A stretch of 63,429 bases of DNA, filler included, from Octopus bimaculoides (taxonomy: Eukaryota): NCBI RefSeq assembly GCF_001194135.2. It is 6 parts of 5 records of this genome, joined end to end, with 100 filler letters (N's around TTAATTAATTAA, not from the genome) between each part and the next. Parts side by side here need not be neighbours in the genome. Positions count along the whole stretch, not along the records: positions 21,805 to 45,271 come from NC_068985.1; 5 more parts are not named here. One strand, 5' to 3'. Below the pieces are notes generated by a model. That model saw only the letters and a program-made list of their open reading frames with translations. It did no database searches and was not told where the DNA came from. Positions 22,921 to 34,944 of this stretch are shown here, piece by piece (within the stretch, counting starts at the first letter, position 1; every line of letters begins with the position of its first letter). The translations under genes were made by a program, and so were the position numbers.

Positions 22921-23381
22921 CTCTCGGAGTTCACAAACATAATCATTTCCACCTTTCTAAATTATTGCTTTTAAATTTTGGCACAAGGTTAGCAACTTCG
23001 GGGAAGTGTGTAATCGATTACATCGACCCCGGTGTGATTGGCACTTATTATCGACCCCGAAATTATGAAATATATAGTCGGCCTCAGAGGAATTTGAACT
23101 CAAAACTTGAAGACGGTCGAAAAGCCACAAAGCATTTCGCCTGGCGTGCTAACGATTTTGCCAGCTCGTTGTATTTTCCTTTGTATATCTTTCAAACCCG
23201 TAATGATCGTCGTCGTAAATAACAATCACCAGCTGTGAGGGCTCTACATGCAAGATCCTTTCAAATATATCAATACAGCAAACACGATGTCAAGTAAAAC
23301 AAAACAACAAAAAAATCAAAATGTATCAGACAGACCAAATCAATTGATACTTTAGATATGGAATAGATGAACATACAAAAA

Positions 23382-23531
23382 TACATTATTTACATTGTTT
23401 ACATTTGACGGATATTTGTCCTCATCTTGTTTGTTGTTAACACAACGTTTTGGCTGATATACCCTCCAGCCTTTATCAGATGTCATGGGGAAATTTCGAA
23501 CCTGGGTTCTCATTCCTAAGGTATTTTTCAA

Positions 23532-23577
<46 letters not shown>

Positions 23578-23578
23578 G
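23382..23578 (-). mobile_element. Family H copy 3 with (AAT)n linker; hammerhead core mutated
   Basis: Minus strand reads GACAT-CTGATAA-A-GGCTG..CAGCC-AAAA-CGT-T-GTGTT; it keeps the ACGT palindrome. Confidence 0.85.
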
Positions 23579-23719
23579 AGTGAGAGAGCAGTGCATGCCA
23601 TTAAAGTGACACTGGGGTAAAATATACGAAGCCCATTATACCCATCACGACTACCTGTCTGATAAGGGTACACCAGGCACATGCATCACAACCACATGTG
23701 CGCGACATGGTGATCTCAT
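23579..23719 (-). mobile_element. Unclassified repeat end abutting (AAT)n (possibly a microsatellite-targeting non-LTR 3' end)
   Basis: GC-richer block ending ..GCACTGCTCTCTCACTC-(AAT)n on the minus strand; truncated by a gap. Confidence 0.35.
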
Positions 23720-24256
23720 NNNNNNNNNNNNNNNNNNNNNNNNNNNNNNNNNNNNNNNNNNNNNNNNNNNNNNNNNNNNNNNNNNNNNNNNNNNNNNNNN
23801 NNNNNNNNNNNNNNNNNNNNNNNNNNNNNNNNNNNNNNNNNNNNNNNNNNNNNNNNNNNNNNNNNNNNNNNNNNNNNNNNNNNNNNNNNNNNNNNNNNNN
23901 NNNNNNNNNNNNNNNNNNNNNNNNNNNNNNNNNNNNNNNNNNNNNNNNNNNNNNNNNNNNNNNNNNNNNNNNNNNNNNNNNNNNNNNNNNNNNNNNNNNN
24001 NNNNNNNNNNNNNNNNNNNNNNNNNNNNNNNNNNNNNNNNNNNNNNNNNNNNNNNNNNNNNNNNNNNNNNNNNNNNNNNNNNNNNNNNNNNNNNNNNNNN
24101 NNNNNNNNNNNNNNNNNNNNNNNNNNNNNNNNNNNNNNNNNNNNNNNNNNNNNNNNNNNNNNNNNNNNNNNNNNNNNNNNNNNNNNNNNNNNNNNNNNNN
24201 NNNNNNNNNNNNNNNNNNNNNNNNNNNNNNNNNNNNNNNNNNNNNNNNNNNNNNNN

Positions 24257-24257
<1 letters not shown>

Positions 24258-24303
<46 letters not shown>

Positions 24304-24487
24304 CAATAACATCGAGAACTACCTTAGGAATGAGGACCCAGGTTCGAAATTTCACCAAGACACCTGATGAAGGCTGGAGGGTATATCACCCGCCCGAAAT
24401 GTTGTGTTAACAACAAACAAGATGAGGACAAATATCCGTCAAATGTAAATAATGTACATAATTGCTCGTCTCTTAAATATATAACTG
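24258..24487 (+). mobile_element. Family H copy 4 with (AAT)n linker and complete 3' end
   Basis: (AAT)n-AACATCGAGAACTACCTTAGG..GACACCTGATGAAGGCTGG..GCCCGAAATGTTGTGTT..TCTTAAATATATAACTG. Confidence 0.85.
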
Positions 24488-24734
24488 CATACAGAAATAG
24501 TTTCAAATTTTGGCTGAAGGCTAGCAATATTATCGATCTCAGAAGGATGAAAAGCAAAGTCGATCCCAGTGGTTTTACGACTCAGAACGTAAAGCCGAGA
24601 GAAGTGTTGCTAAGCATTTTGTAATAACAAATCAATCAAGCAGAATATATTAATTAGCATTAACAATATTGGACAAAATAGTGGTAATTGAATATCTCAT
24701 CTCGTAAACCCAACCCTATCAGCTGCTGAACAAT

Positions 24735-25632
24735 CTTCAGAAGACTGATTCAAAGTTGTCACATCCAAGATTCTAACAATATTCTTTTATACTTTCACTC
24801 GTTGGACTGCGGCCTAGCTGGGGCAACGCCATAAAGGGTTTTGTCGATCGTATCGCCTAGGGCTTGTCTTTTAAAGTCCAGTACTTCAGAAGACTGATTC
24901 AAAGTTGTCACATCCAAGATTCTAACAATTNNNNNNNNNNNNNNNNNNNNNNNNNNNNNNNNNNNNNNNNNNNNNNNNNNNNNNNNNNNNNNNNNNNNNN
25001 NNNNNNNNNNNNNNNNNNNNNNNNNNNNNNNNNNNNNNNNNNNNNNNNNNNNNNNNNNNNNNNNNNNNNNNNNNNNNNNNNNNNNNNNNNNNNNNNNNNN
25101 NNNNNNNNNNNNNNNNNNNNNNNNNNNNNNNNNNNNNNNNNNNNNNNNNNNNNNNNNNNNNNNNNNNNNNNNNNNNNNNNNNNNNNNNNNNNNNNNNNNN
25201 NNNNNNNNNNNNNNNNNNNNNNNNNNNNNNNNNNNNNNNNNNNNNNNNNNNNNNNNNNNNNNNNNNNNNNNNNNNNNNNNNNNNNNNNNNNNNNNNNNNN
25301 NNNNNNNNNNNNNNNNNNNNNNNNNNNNNNNNNNNNNNNNNNNNNNNNNNNNNNNNNNNNNNNNNNNNNNNNNNNNNNNNNNNNNNNNNNNNNNNNNNNN
25401 NNNNNNNNNNNNNNNNNNNNNNNNNNNNNNNNNNNTCTTCAGAAGACTGATTCAAAGTTGTCACATCCAAGATTCTAACAATATTCTTTTATACTTTCAC
25501 TCGTTGGACTGCGGCCTAGCTGGGGCAACGCCATAAAGGGTTTTGTCGATCGTATCGCCTAGGGCTTGTCTTTTAAAGTCCAGTACTTCAGAAGACTGAT
25601 TCAAAGTTGTCACATCCAAGATTCTAACAATT
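24735..25632. repeat. 149-bp-period unit (46-bp direct repeat flanking a minus-strand A-type SINE tail), duplicated across a gap
   Basis: CTTCAGAAGACTG..TCTAACAAT at 24735, 24884, 25437 and 25586. Confidence 0.85.
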
Positions 25633-25639
25633 TAGAGTT

Positions 25640-26250
25640 CAGTTGCTCTTTTAGCCGAAGGTACGTGATAATATCGGGCTGAAGATCAGCACTGGATCTC
25701 CATTATTTGAGGAAAAGCATCCAACTCATTCCACGTTTTAGCACTAATGTGTTGTACGTGTGTGAAACACGTTTTCCATTGTTATCAATAGAAAACGAGA
25801 TGTATATACTCTGGTAGGTGCATAATCTTTTGTAAACAATACTTCTGATCTATTATCGATCGATCGAGCGATTGTTTTCAATACTGGTATCCCTTCCTCT
25901 GCACTAGAATATATAGCGAATGGTGAGAGAAAGTACACATGACAGTTTGTGTAGATTATTCAATATCCTATACTTTCCATATGCTCTAGTAGTCAAATAA
26001 AAAAAAGTCTTCAAACAATGATTCGTGAGCAGATGAATACGTTATAGTAGATAAACTAAAACGTATCCAGCTAAATCAGAAGCAGCATTATCACTATTGA
26101 CAAAAGGCTTTCTATTTTAGAGATAAACGGGATGTTAACATGCTCAGCGTTATCGCGTGTGACGAACAGCTCTTTTCAGGTTTATAAATTGCGTGACGCA
26201 TTTTGTTTAGTGGTGAAGCACTTGCTCACAGTCATTCTGACATACACTGT
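25640..26250 (+). pseudogene. Highly decayed LINE (RTE-like) RT C-terminal fragment
   Basis: GTGTTGTACGTGTGTGAAACA resembles the VLLYGCETW motif; multiple disablements. Confidence 0.35.
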
Positions 26251-26276
26251 CCATATACATATCGTATATGAGAGTA

Positions 26277-26665
26277 ACGTGGAGGAGCAATGGCCCAATG
26301 GTTAGGACAGTGGACTCGCGGTCATAGGATCGCGGTTTCGATTCCCAGGCCGGGCATTGTGAGTGTTTATTGAGCGAAAACACCTAAAGCTCCACGTGGC
26401 TCCAGCAGGGGATGGTGGCGAACCCTGCTGTACTCTTTCACCACAACTTTCTCTCACTCTTTCTTCCTGTTTCTGTTGTACCTGTATTTCAAAGGGCCAG
26501 CCTCATCACACTGAGTCACGCTGAATATCCCCGAGAACTGCGTTAAGGGTACACGTGTCTGTGGAGTGCTCAGCCACTTGCACGTTAATTTCACGAGCAG
26601 GCTGTTGCGTTGATCGGATTAACTGGAACCCTCGACGTCGTAAGCGACGGAGTGCCAACAACAAT
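26277..26665 (+). mobile_element. tRNA-derived SINE: family E head with tail T2
   Basis: TGGCCCAATGGTTAGG A-box and GGTTTCGATTCCC B-box. Tail GTTAAGGGTACACGTGTCTGTGGAG..CGACGGAGTGCCAACAACAA. Another T2 copy lies at 63228-63429(-). Confidence 0.85.
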
Positions 26666-27357
26666 GAGAGTAACATTGTACACTGTGTATAGTCTTTATA
26701 GATTTTGTATTGCAGGAATAACATTGGCTTTTGTTTATAATCCATGTGCAGGCGTGGCTGTGTGGTAAGAAGTCTGTTTTCCAACTACATGGTTCTGCGT
26801 TCAGTCCCATTGCGTGACACCTTCGGCGACTGAATTCTAATATAGCCCCAGGCCGACCAAAGAATTTGGTTAAGGGAAACTGAAAGAAGCCTGTTGTATA
26901 TATATGTGTGTGTGTTTGTCCCCCACAGACGCTTGAAAATCGGTGTTAGTTTGTTTATATCTCCGAAACTTAGCTGTTCGGAAATAGAAAGTGACAAAAT
27001 ATGTACCAGGCTTAAAAAGAGAAATAAGTACCGAGGTCGGTTCGTTCGTCTAAAAATTCTTCAAGGTGATGCCCCAGCATGGCCGCAGTCTACCGATTGA
27101 AAGAAGGAAATAAAAGAAACATTTCTGATATCAGGGACTACATCGTATTTCTGTATTAATAATGTAGGATATTATTTAACAGTGTTATTTGAGAGCATGT
27201 CAAGCGATCTTACAAAGATTTTCTTATTGACTTGTTTAATATCTGGTGGATGAGATAGTAAACGTTGGAGAGCATCTGCTAAGAATTACACGTTTCGTTT
27301 TCAATTCTCGGTTGAAGGTAATTCATTTCGCTTAAGCAGTTATTATCCTTTAAGTAA

Positions 27358-27650
27358 AGGCACATGACTCAGTGGTTAGGAGTATTAAACACAATCGTTA
27401 GGTCATGAGTTCAATTCCTGGTTTTCTTGAGCAAGACATTTTATTTCACGTTGCTCTAGTCCACTCAACTGGCAAAAATGAGTTGTACATGCATTTCAAA
27501 AGGCCAGCCTTGTTACATTCTGTGTCACACTGAATCTTCTTGAGAACTACGTTAAGCGTACGTGTGTCTGTGGAGGGCTTAACTTTCACGTTAATTTCAC
27601 GAGCTGGATATTCCATTGAAGCCTCGTCGTCGTAACCGACGGAGAACCAG
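27358..27650 (+). mobile_element. tRNA-derived SINE: different head, CORE-like segment, tail T2
   Basis: TGACTCAGTGGTTAGG..GAGTTCAATTCC, CTTGAGCAAGACA segment, then the same T2 tail as 26277-26665. Confidence 0.75.
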
Positions 27651-28649
27651 TTTTAATATCCTTTGGCAATGCTTAATGCATAAGATCACATAATCTATTT
27701 CTTCAGATACGAATAGACATTGCTAAGCATCAAAACAAATCCATGTTTGCTTGAGAGATTGCTACTTTGATATGCTAGACTGGAAGTTTCTAGAAAATGG
27801 GTAAAATACGTGTGTGCATTAGTAGCTGATAGTTTTTTTTCTGTTATCCTTTCACTTGTTTTAGCGATCGAACTGCGACCATACTGTAGCACAGCATTGA
27901 TCGGTTGCAAGTGATCATATTGAACTCTAATGATTATTGTATTTTCAGACTTATAGTTATTGACTTCTGACAGTCAAAACCCTAGGTTAGGGGACATCAA
28001 CATAGACCAACGTTTTCCATGCAATATTAACGCAAAGCGTGCCATGGAGACATGGCGCTCACGCTCGCGCACACACACATTCACACACATACAACAGGGT
28101 CCAGCACAGGTTCCGCCATTCGTCAACCGGAAGCTTTGTAGAAAGCACTTGCTCAAGACTCCACGGAATGGATTCGAACTCAAAACCAGACGTTTACGAA
28201 GCTTAGTTCTTAACCACACAGCTTTTCGTTATTTATCTTTTCTATTTCTTGACAAAAGATTTATACATGCGTGAGCTGGCAGGATTGATAGTACGTGGGA
28301 CAAAATGCTTAGCGCTTTTCGCTCATCTTCACGTTCTGAGCTCGATTTCCGCCTAGGTCGTCTTTGACTTTCATCCTTCCGAAGTCGATAATATAATTAC
28401 CAGCTGAGCACTGGCGTCGATGTAATTGTCTTATCCCCTGTTCCTAAATTGCTGGCCTTGTGCCAAAATTTTAAATTAATCTATATCAGAAGGTTCGGTG
28501 TGAATTGTGTAATAGAAGAAATGTATAGCTCTAGGCGTTTAAAATAGTCATGGCGAGCTGTCCTTCCTTCGCTGTTTAAAATAGAGTCTTCAAAGAGAGC
28601 AGAAAACTAATAATAAAAGAAAGCTTAACGTAAGAAACAATGAAAATGC

Positions 28650-29710
28650 TGGGATATACTTTTATTTTACATTCTTTCATTAGATGCGATCTACTTTCAA
28701 AGAGGGAAAGTGAGAGGTGATATCTTGAAAAGGGCGAGCAGACTAGAACTGGTAATGTTTAGTAAGATCGAAAAATAGAATAGAAGCAGATTTTGTAAGA
28801 AGCTTAGAAGGCACATTGGTTAAGAGTCAATCTGGCCAAAAGATTAATCTTAGACCAATTCTTCAACGCGAAGTAAGATGGCTGCGTTGTAGGAGCTAAG
28901 ACACGTGTTCTAAAACACGAGGGGACGAGAGTCGTTCGATAGGCCCGAATGGCAGAAGTGCGGCGTGGCTATAGAATTATAATTCAGTCTTTGATGGACG
29001 ATAATGGGTGCATGTTATTCAAGAGAACGGTTTAGCTTTTCAGCTGAACTTCGCCAGACTGTTAGCGACTCTCGGCAAGTTAAGTAGAGTGTTGCGAAAA
29101 CCCAATAACAGCCACAGTAATACAGGAAGCGATGGTTTACTGTACGGAAATGCAAATCGCCTGGCTTAGATGGTCTGCTCTATGAGCTTTACTTTATATG
29201 CCAGATTTGTTTGAAGACCTCTTGGCAGAAATCTACCGCAACTGACAACACAACGGAAGACTTTCCACTTCTGTGAGTCGAGGATTGGTGGTGGTGTTGA
29301 GAAGGAATCCAAATAAGATGGATGACATTGATATTTTTGATTCATACCTTTTTAAAATTCAGATTTAAAAATTTTGGCCAAGGTTTTAGCAAAGAAGTTG
29401 ACGCCTGGCGTTGATAGTCGAATTGGTGAAGCCCAAGCTTGTGTCATATCGAACAGATCTATCCATGACAATCTCCACATCATGCGAAACGTCATAGTGG
29501 TAGTTAATAAAAGAAAAACTGACATAAATGGGAAAATGGGACTCTGCTTAATGTAGATCAATCAAGCACTTTCAGTATTACGTACACCTCGAAAACTTGG
29601 CGCTTTTCTCACGGCGGCCGGTTTCGGCTGCGTCTTCCGAGGCTGGATAGCCGCAATATGCAGCATCATCTAATTGGTTCTTAACGTGAACCATTCATTA
29701 TCACGTGCTC
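28650..29710 (+). pseudogene. Decayed L1/Tx1-clade ORF2 fragment (RT N-terminal half)
   Basis: Frameshifted motifs K-PGLDGL.YELY, NSDLKILAKVLAKKL, GEAQACVISNRSIHDNLHIMR, DQS-A, AAGFG..FRGWIAA. Confidence 0.85.
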
Positions 29711-31359
29711 TACGTGTTGATCTGTGGATTCTCTTTTAATGAGTATATCATCCAGATATGGAATTGCGAATTCACAGTCCGCTAACATTGTATCTGTTGA
29801 GAAATCGCTGGTGCAACTTTTAAGCCAAATGGTAACCTGTTGTAATTATACAGTCCTTTATGTGTGTTTAAGTATTTAGAGCATCCATTCTCTACTCTAA
29901 GTTTTAGGCACGCGTCAGAGGGATCCAATTAAAAAATATCTTGCCACCGTTTAATTTCGCAAACATGTCCTTTTAGAGTAGGTAACGGGTAGTGGCACGT
30001 TTTAAGACATTCGTTTAAACCAGTGGAAAAATCAGCACACACTCTGATTTTATTATTATTTTTCTTAATGTACATAGTTAGTGATGCCCATTGATTATAT
30101 TCCACTTTTTTGATAACTCCAATTTTTTGTAATCTCTAACTCTACGTTTATCTGTTCTAATGCTGCGAACGGCACAGTTCGTTTTTGTTTAAATGTCAGT
30201 ATAGCGTTTTCTTTTATATGAAACCATGCCTTCGTTTGTTACACAGACCCAGTTTATAGGACAGAACTCCAGAAAAAATCATAAATTTTTTTTCTTTCAA
30301 TTAGTCTGGCGACTCTTTTTTTACTGGAGGGGAAAAACCATTCACATTTTTATGGAACAGATTTATGGGGGAGGTCCCATAAGTTAAATAATTCCATCCA
30401 GTCAGTACCGAACAGGTTTGTTGCATTATTTAACACAAAAACTTTAGCGTTTAAGGTTTTTTTTTCAAGAAATTTAATGTTACTTATCAATTCACCCTTA
30501 AAATATAATTTTTTCCTGAAATACTACGGGCAATTTTTAAAGTTTCATTTAATTTAGGTCTCCCGATCTTTTTCCATGTATCTGTACTAATTATTGAGAT
30601 GTCACTGCCTGTATCCAATTGTAACTTTACGTTTGTGTTATTAATTTTTACAATTTTTTTTTAGGCTCGTTCGTATTTTCTTTAACCGATAATCCGTTTA
30701 CTCGATTTTTTCCGTTGAACTGTTTTTAGGTTCTATCTTACAGTGCAAATTTTTGTGGCCTATTTTACCACACTTGAAGCATTTTATATTTTTAAACGGA
30801 CAGTTATTTTTGAAATGTAGACCACCGCATTCATAACATGGATTCGGTTTTCACATGTTTCCCTTTGTTTCTTATTCGTTACCAGTCGACATGCCTGAAT
30901 TTGAGAGCAATCTTTCTCTCCAGTTTTATTTTTTGCTCCATGTCATCGATTAATAATCCTCTGACATGCTTCTGCTACTGCCTGCTGAGTTAAATTTTGG
31001 TCCAGTTTTAATTTTGCTGATATCCAGGAACGTATATCTGGATCTTTGTTTGCAGTAAGCCCCTGAACAATAATGAAAGATTTTAACATGCCGGGGTCAA
31101 CTCATTCAATTTGAATTTCTCACACACTCTGTTAACCAATCCGGTATAGGTGATGAAATCTTCATCAATCTTTTTGACCAAATTTAAACATTGCCAGTGA
31201 GTACTGAACAGGGAACTTCTTTCACTGAAAATTTTGGGTAAATTATTGTTTCATCGAAACAAATCTTACCTGGTTTCTTCTGCAGAATATAATTACTATA
31301 GTTTTCGTGTTCGACTGGAGATAACTTTTTTTCTCATTTATCCAACTTTTACACTCTTC
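29700..31359 (-). pseudogene. Gypsy LTR retrotransposon, truncated gag + protease + RT N-terminus (inverted segment)
   Basis: Minus strand: CYECGGLH..CFKCGKIGH zinc knuckle, LQLDTGSDISII protease, NLFGTDW, RVCADFSTGLN, NRLPFGLKVAPA, IPYLDDILI..QHVEHV. Confidence 0.92.
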
Positions 31360-33375
31360 TTTGAGTTTAGGGATTGCGACTTTAAAAAGAGTGTAAATTT
31401 TTCTTTCTAAAAATAAGATATTTAGGACAAATCATTGATAGAAATGGACGTCAACCAGACCCATTGAAGGCAGACGCAATTAAAAATGTGCCCCAGCCGA
31501 CAAATATAGTGATCTTACAAGCATTTTTAGGACTGGCAAGTTATTAGCAAGATTATAATACCGATATGCATAAGGTGAGTGTTCCACTGAATAATCTGCT
31601 GAAAAATATACGAAATGGAATTGGTCGGAATATTGTCAAAAGGCGTTTGACGAAATAAAAAAAAGAATACTAATATCTGATTTGTCGTTAGCACAGTTCA
31701 ATCCTGCAGTGGAGATTGTTGTAGCTTCAAGCGCTTCTGAGTACGAAAAAGGAGCAGTAATGCTACATAAATATAAAGATGGTAACAAGAAGGCGGTGGT
31801 TCGTGCTTCACGTTCTCTGATATCAGCAGAAAAAAATCATAGTCAAATCTAAAATGAAGCTCTAGCGGTAATTTTTGCCGTTAAGAAATTTCACAGATTT
31901 TCACACAGTAGAAGTTTTCGCCTACAAACTGATCACCGTCTATTATTATCGATATTTGGGTCGAAAAAAGAATTCCTACCCATACTGCTAATAGACTGAA
32001 ACGTTGGGGTACGATATTATTAAACTCTGATTTCAGAATGGAGTATATACGGTCCAAGAAATATGGTCATGTGGATTTTTGTCAAGACTGGTTTCGAAAA
32101 ATGCGGAACCATTTGAAGATACCATGATTGCAGCTTTGCAATCGGAAAATGAAATTAAAAATGTTTTGGGTAAGGTCATTTGTGAACTGCCAGTTACATA
32201 AACGAGACATGAAATTAAAATCGGAAAGCGATAAATTTATTACAAAAATGAAAGAAATACTGAAGGCTAAAGGAGATAAAAATATCCGCAACAAAAATGC
32301 GAACCATTTCTCACTGTGTGACAATGCGTTGATGTATGCACAAAAAGTCATAGCCCCAGCCGCACTACAAAAGCGATTATTAAAGTAATTTCATACTGGT
32401 CACCCTGGGATTTCAAGAATGAAATCATTAATGAGAAGTTACGTGTATTGGTCAACAATGAACCATGACATTGAAGAGTCAGTGAAAGCATGTAGAGGTT
32501 GTGCCTTTGTTGCAAAATTACCTACCACTAATTGGCAACCGTGGCCAAAAACAAATGTTCTATGGGTCAGACTTCATATTGATTACGCAGGTCCACTCAA
32601 GGGTTCATATTACCTTGTTGCGGTGGACAGTTTTTCAAAGTGGCGGGAAGTGCATAAATGTTTTTAAAAACTGACATCAGGGGTTGCAATAAGCTTTTTA
32701 CATGAATTGTTCGCCAGTTATAGTATTCCTGATACCATTGACTCGGATAATGGAGCTCAATTCACATCAGGCGAGTTCAGAAAATTTTGCAAAATGTTCG
32801 TCATCGAACAAATCACAACTCCAACCTATTATCCTCGGAGAGATTCGTTGACACTTTCAAGAGGACATTGAAAAAGGTGAACAATGAAATGATGGACGAT
32901 TTTGCACTTCAACTATTTCTAAGAGTGTACCAAATAACCTCTAATCCAACTACATCATCAGGAATGTCACCCGCAGAATTGATGTTTGCTGGAAAGATCA
33001 CATCCGTCTTTGATAAGCTGACACTGAGTGAAAATATAAAACAGGCGAACAACAAAAATACTCCAAAATTCTTCAAGTTACGTGACAAAGGTTTTTTAAA
33101 ACCTATAGATATGATAAAGAAAGCTGGGAGGACGGTGTAATTATTAAATTAATTGAAAGCGTGATATTCTTGGCAAAAGGGAAAAATGTCGAACATAAAA
33201 GATATTAACAAGCTTAAGAAAAGATTCACGGAAAATATCACAAGAAATGAAATCCCTATGGAAGTATTGTACGACACGTTTGAGGTACCAACACCCAAAC
33301 AATTTGAAATTACACCTATAGCACCAGAAAACGGAAAAGAACAGAAACACTGGAATTGAACTTTAAACGCACCCA
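31360..33375 (+). pseudogene. Gypsy RT C-terminus + RNase H + integrase (decayed)
   Basis: IRYLGQIID..AFLGLASY, QTDHR.LLSIFG, HTGHPGISRMKSLMRSYVYW..C..C, LHIDYAGP..VAVDSFSKW, SDNGAQFTS. No LTR found. Confidence 0.92.
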
Positions 33376-33384
33376 TCATATAGT

Positions 33385-33560
33385 CTACACCTAGCTCACA
33401 CGGGTTATTACTTGTTCCGATCCATGGCTCACTTCCTGTGCTCGTGACACTTCATCAACCAAGAACAGGTGGAAGGTGGAAGGTGGAAGTTTCAGTGAAA
33501 GAATTTTTCACCTTGAAAAGCAAGAACTGGTATCAACGTGCGATCAAAGCATTAAGAAAA
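33385..33560 (+). pseudogene. Mariner transposase C-terminal fragment
   Basis: YYLFRSMAHF..EFF..KSKNWYQRAIKAL. Confidence 0.6.
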
Positions 33561-34059
33561 AGGGGGCTTCGGACTGTTCAACACAATAGTGAGAGGCTGC
33601 TTTTGTTGTAACTTGAGGAATAAAGCAGTTACCAAAATATTGCAAAACTTATTTTTATTTCGTTTTTGCATTTGGTTTGCAGGATTCTTTATCTGAATTC
33701 GTGTGTTGAAGCATATTTTATTGTGTCTGGGGAGGGTCATTTTCTTTTGCTGCCTTATTATTTAACACACTCACCGGTTCGATTTCCACTCATTTACTTA
33801 TCTATCTTTTCTAAAATTTTCGTTGCGTCTTGCAGCCTTTTCAATAGTCGTTGACTCTGTCCGTTACTCACACTGCGTTCTTTTGTTTGTTTGTTTGTGC
33901 GCATGTGTGTGCGTCAGTGTGCATGTGTATACTCATATGTATGTATGTACGTACGTATGTATGTATGTATGTATGTATGTATGTATGTATGTATGCTTGC
34001 ATGGATGTATGTATGTGTGTTTATGCATTATGTGTGCATGCATATATATATGTATGTGT

Positions 34060-34387
34060 GTGAGTGCGTCTGTCTGTATGTATGTATGTATTCATGTTTG
34101 TGTGTTTGTCAGTGGACAACATATGGATGGATTGTCCTCGTGAATGGCACGAACTGATTAGATTTTGGCATCAATCCGGTACCGGACAAGGATTCTGGAT
34201 TATTTTACCTGTTTTTTTTTCTTTTTACTTAATTTTTCAGAGCGGTTGGGTTCATTTTTAGGATTCTCGTTTGTGAGAGCAGTCGAGTTTATTTCAGATA
34301 TTCTCATTTTAAAAATCATCAGCTAATCATTGAGAGAACGTTGGTGTTTCCTTGGCGGAGGTTTGCGTTCTCTGGGTGCTCTTGTTT
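34060..34387 (+). mobile_element. Non-autonomous Helentron-associated (HINE/DINE-like) element 3' part
   Basis: (GTAT/GTCT)n microsatellite, then ends CCTTGGCGGAGGT-TTGCGTTCTCTGGGTGC-TCTTGTT (sub-terminal motif plus small hairpin). The 5' end was not located. Confidence 0.55.
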
Positions 34388-34944
34388 TTATTATTTTAGG
34401 TGTTTTCATATATAAAAGAGGAAATATTATAAATGCCTATATATATCTTAGGTTGTAAAAACTTGTTTGTCACTTCCTGTTTACAACGCAAGCTAATACG
34501 CTAACCTCAAGATCATGAATTCTTAATATTACAAGCATGCTCAAACGAGTTTTGTAAAGATCTACGAAGAATGCTTTAAACTACCGATTCTGACCACTCT
34601 AATCACTTCTTAAGAAAGAAAACGTTGTGAGAAGGCAGACTTAAAATCAGCATTGAATCTATCACAAATAGAATATTCTCACAAATACCTTCGTTATCCA
34701 CAGATCTATTGGCACAGCAAACAACTCGAATGACTGGACCCTTTTAAACCTAGCCGCCCACAGGGCAACAAAGTAAGAATATTTCCTGAAAAATTCCCAC
34801 TTGTATTCACTTTCATATACATTGTACATCTAAAACAAGCATTTTCTTTCATTGTAAATTTATACATATATTCAAACACAATTCCTTTTCACTGGAAATT
34901 ATTCGTGAGAAAAATGATTTTAATAGTTAATGATATAATAGCAA

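Noticed and set aside
24735-25632. Apparent CRISPR-like or tandem array
   Set aside because: The 'spacers' are identical SINE tails, the genome is eukaryotic, and the block is mirrored exactly across a gap, which suggests a false duplication.
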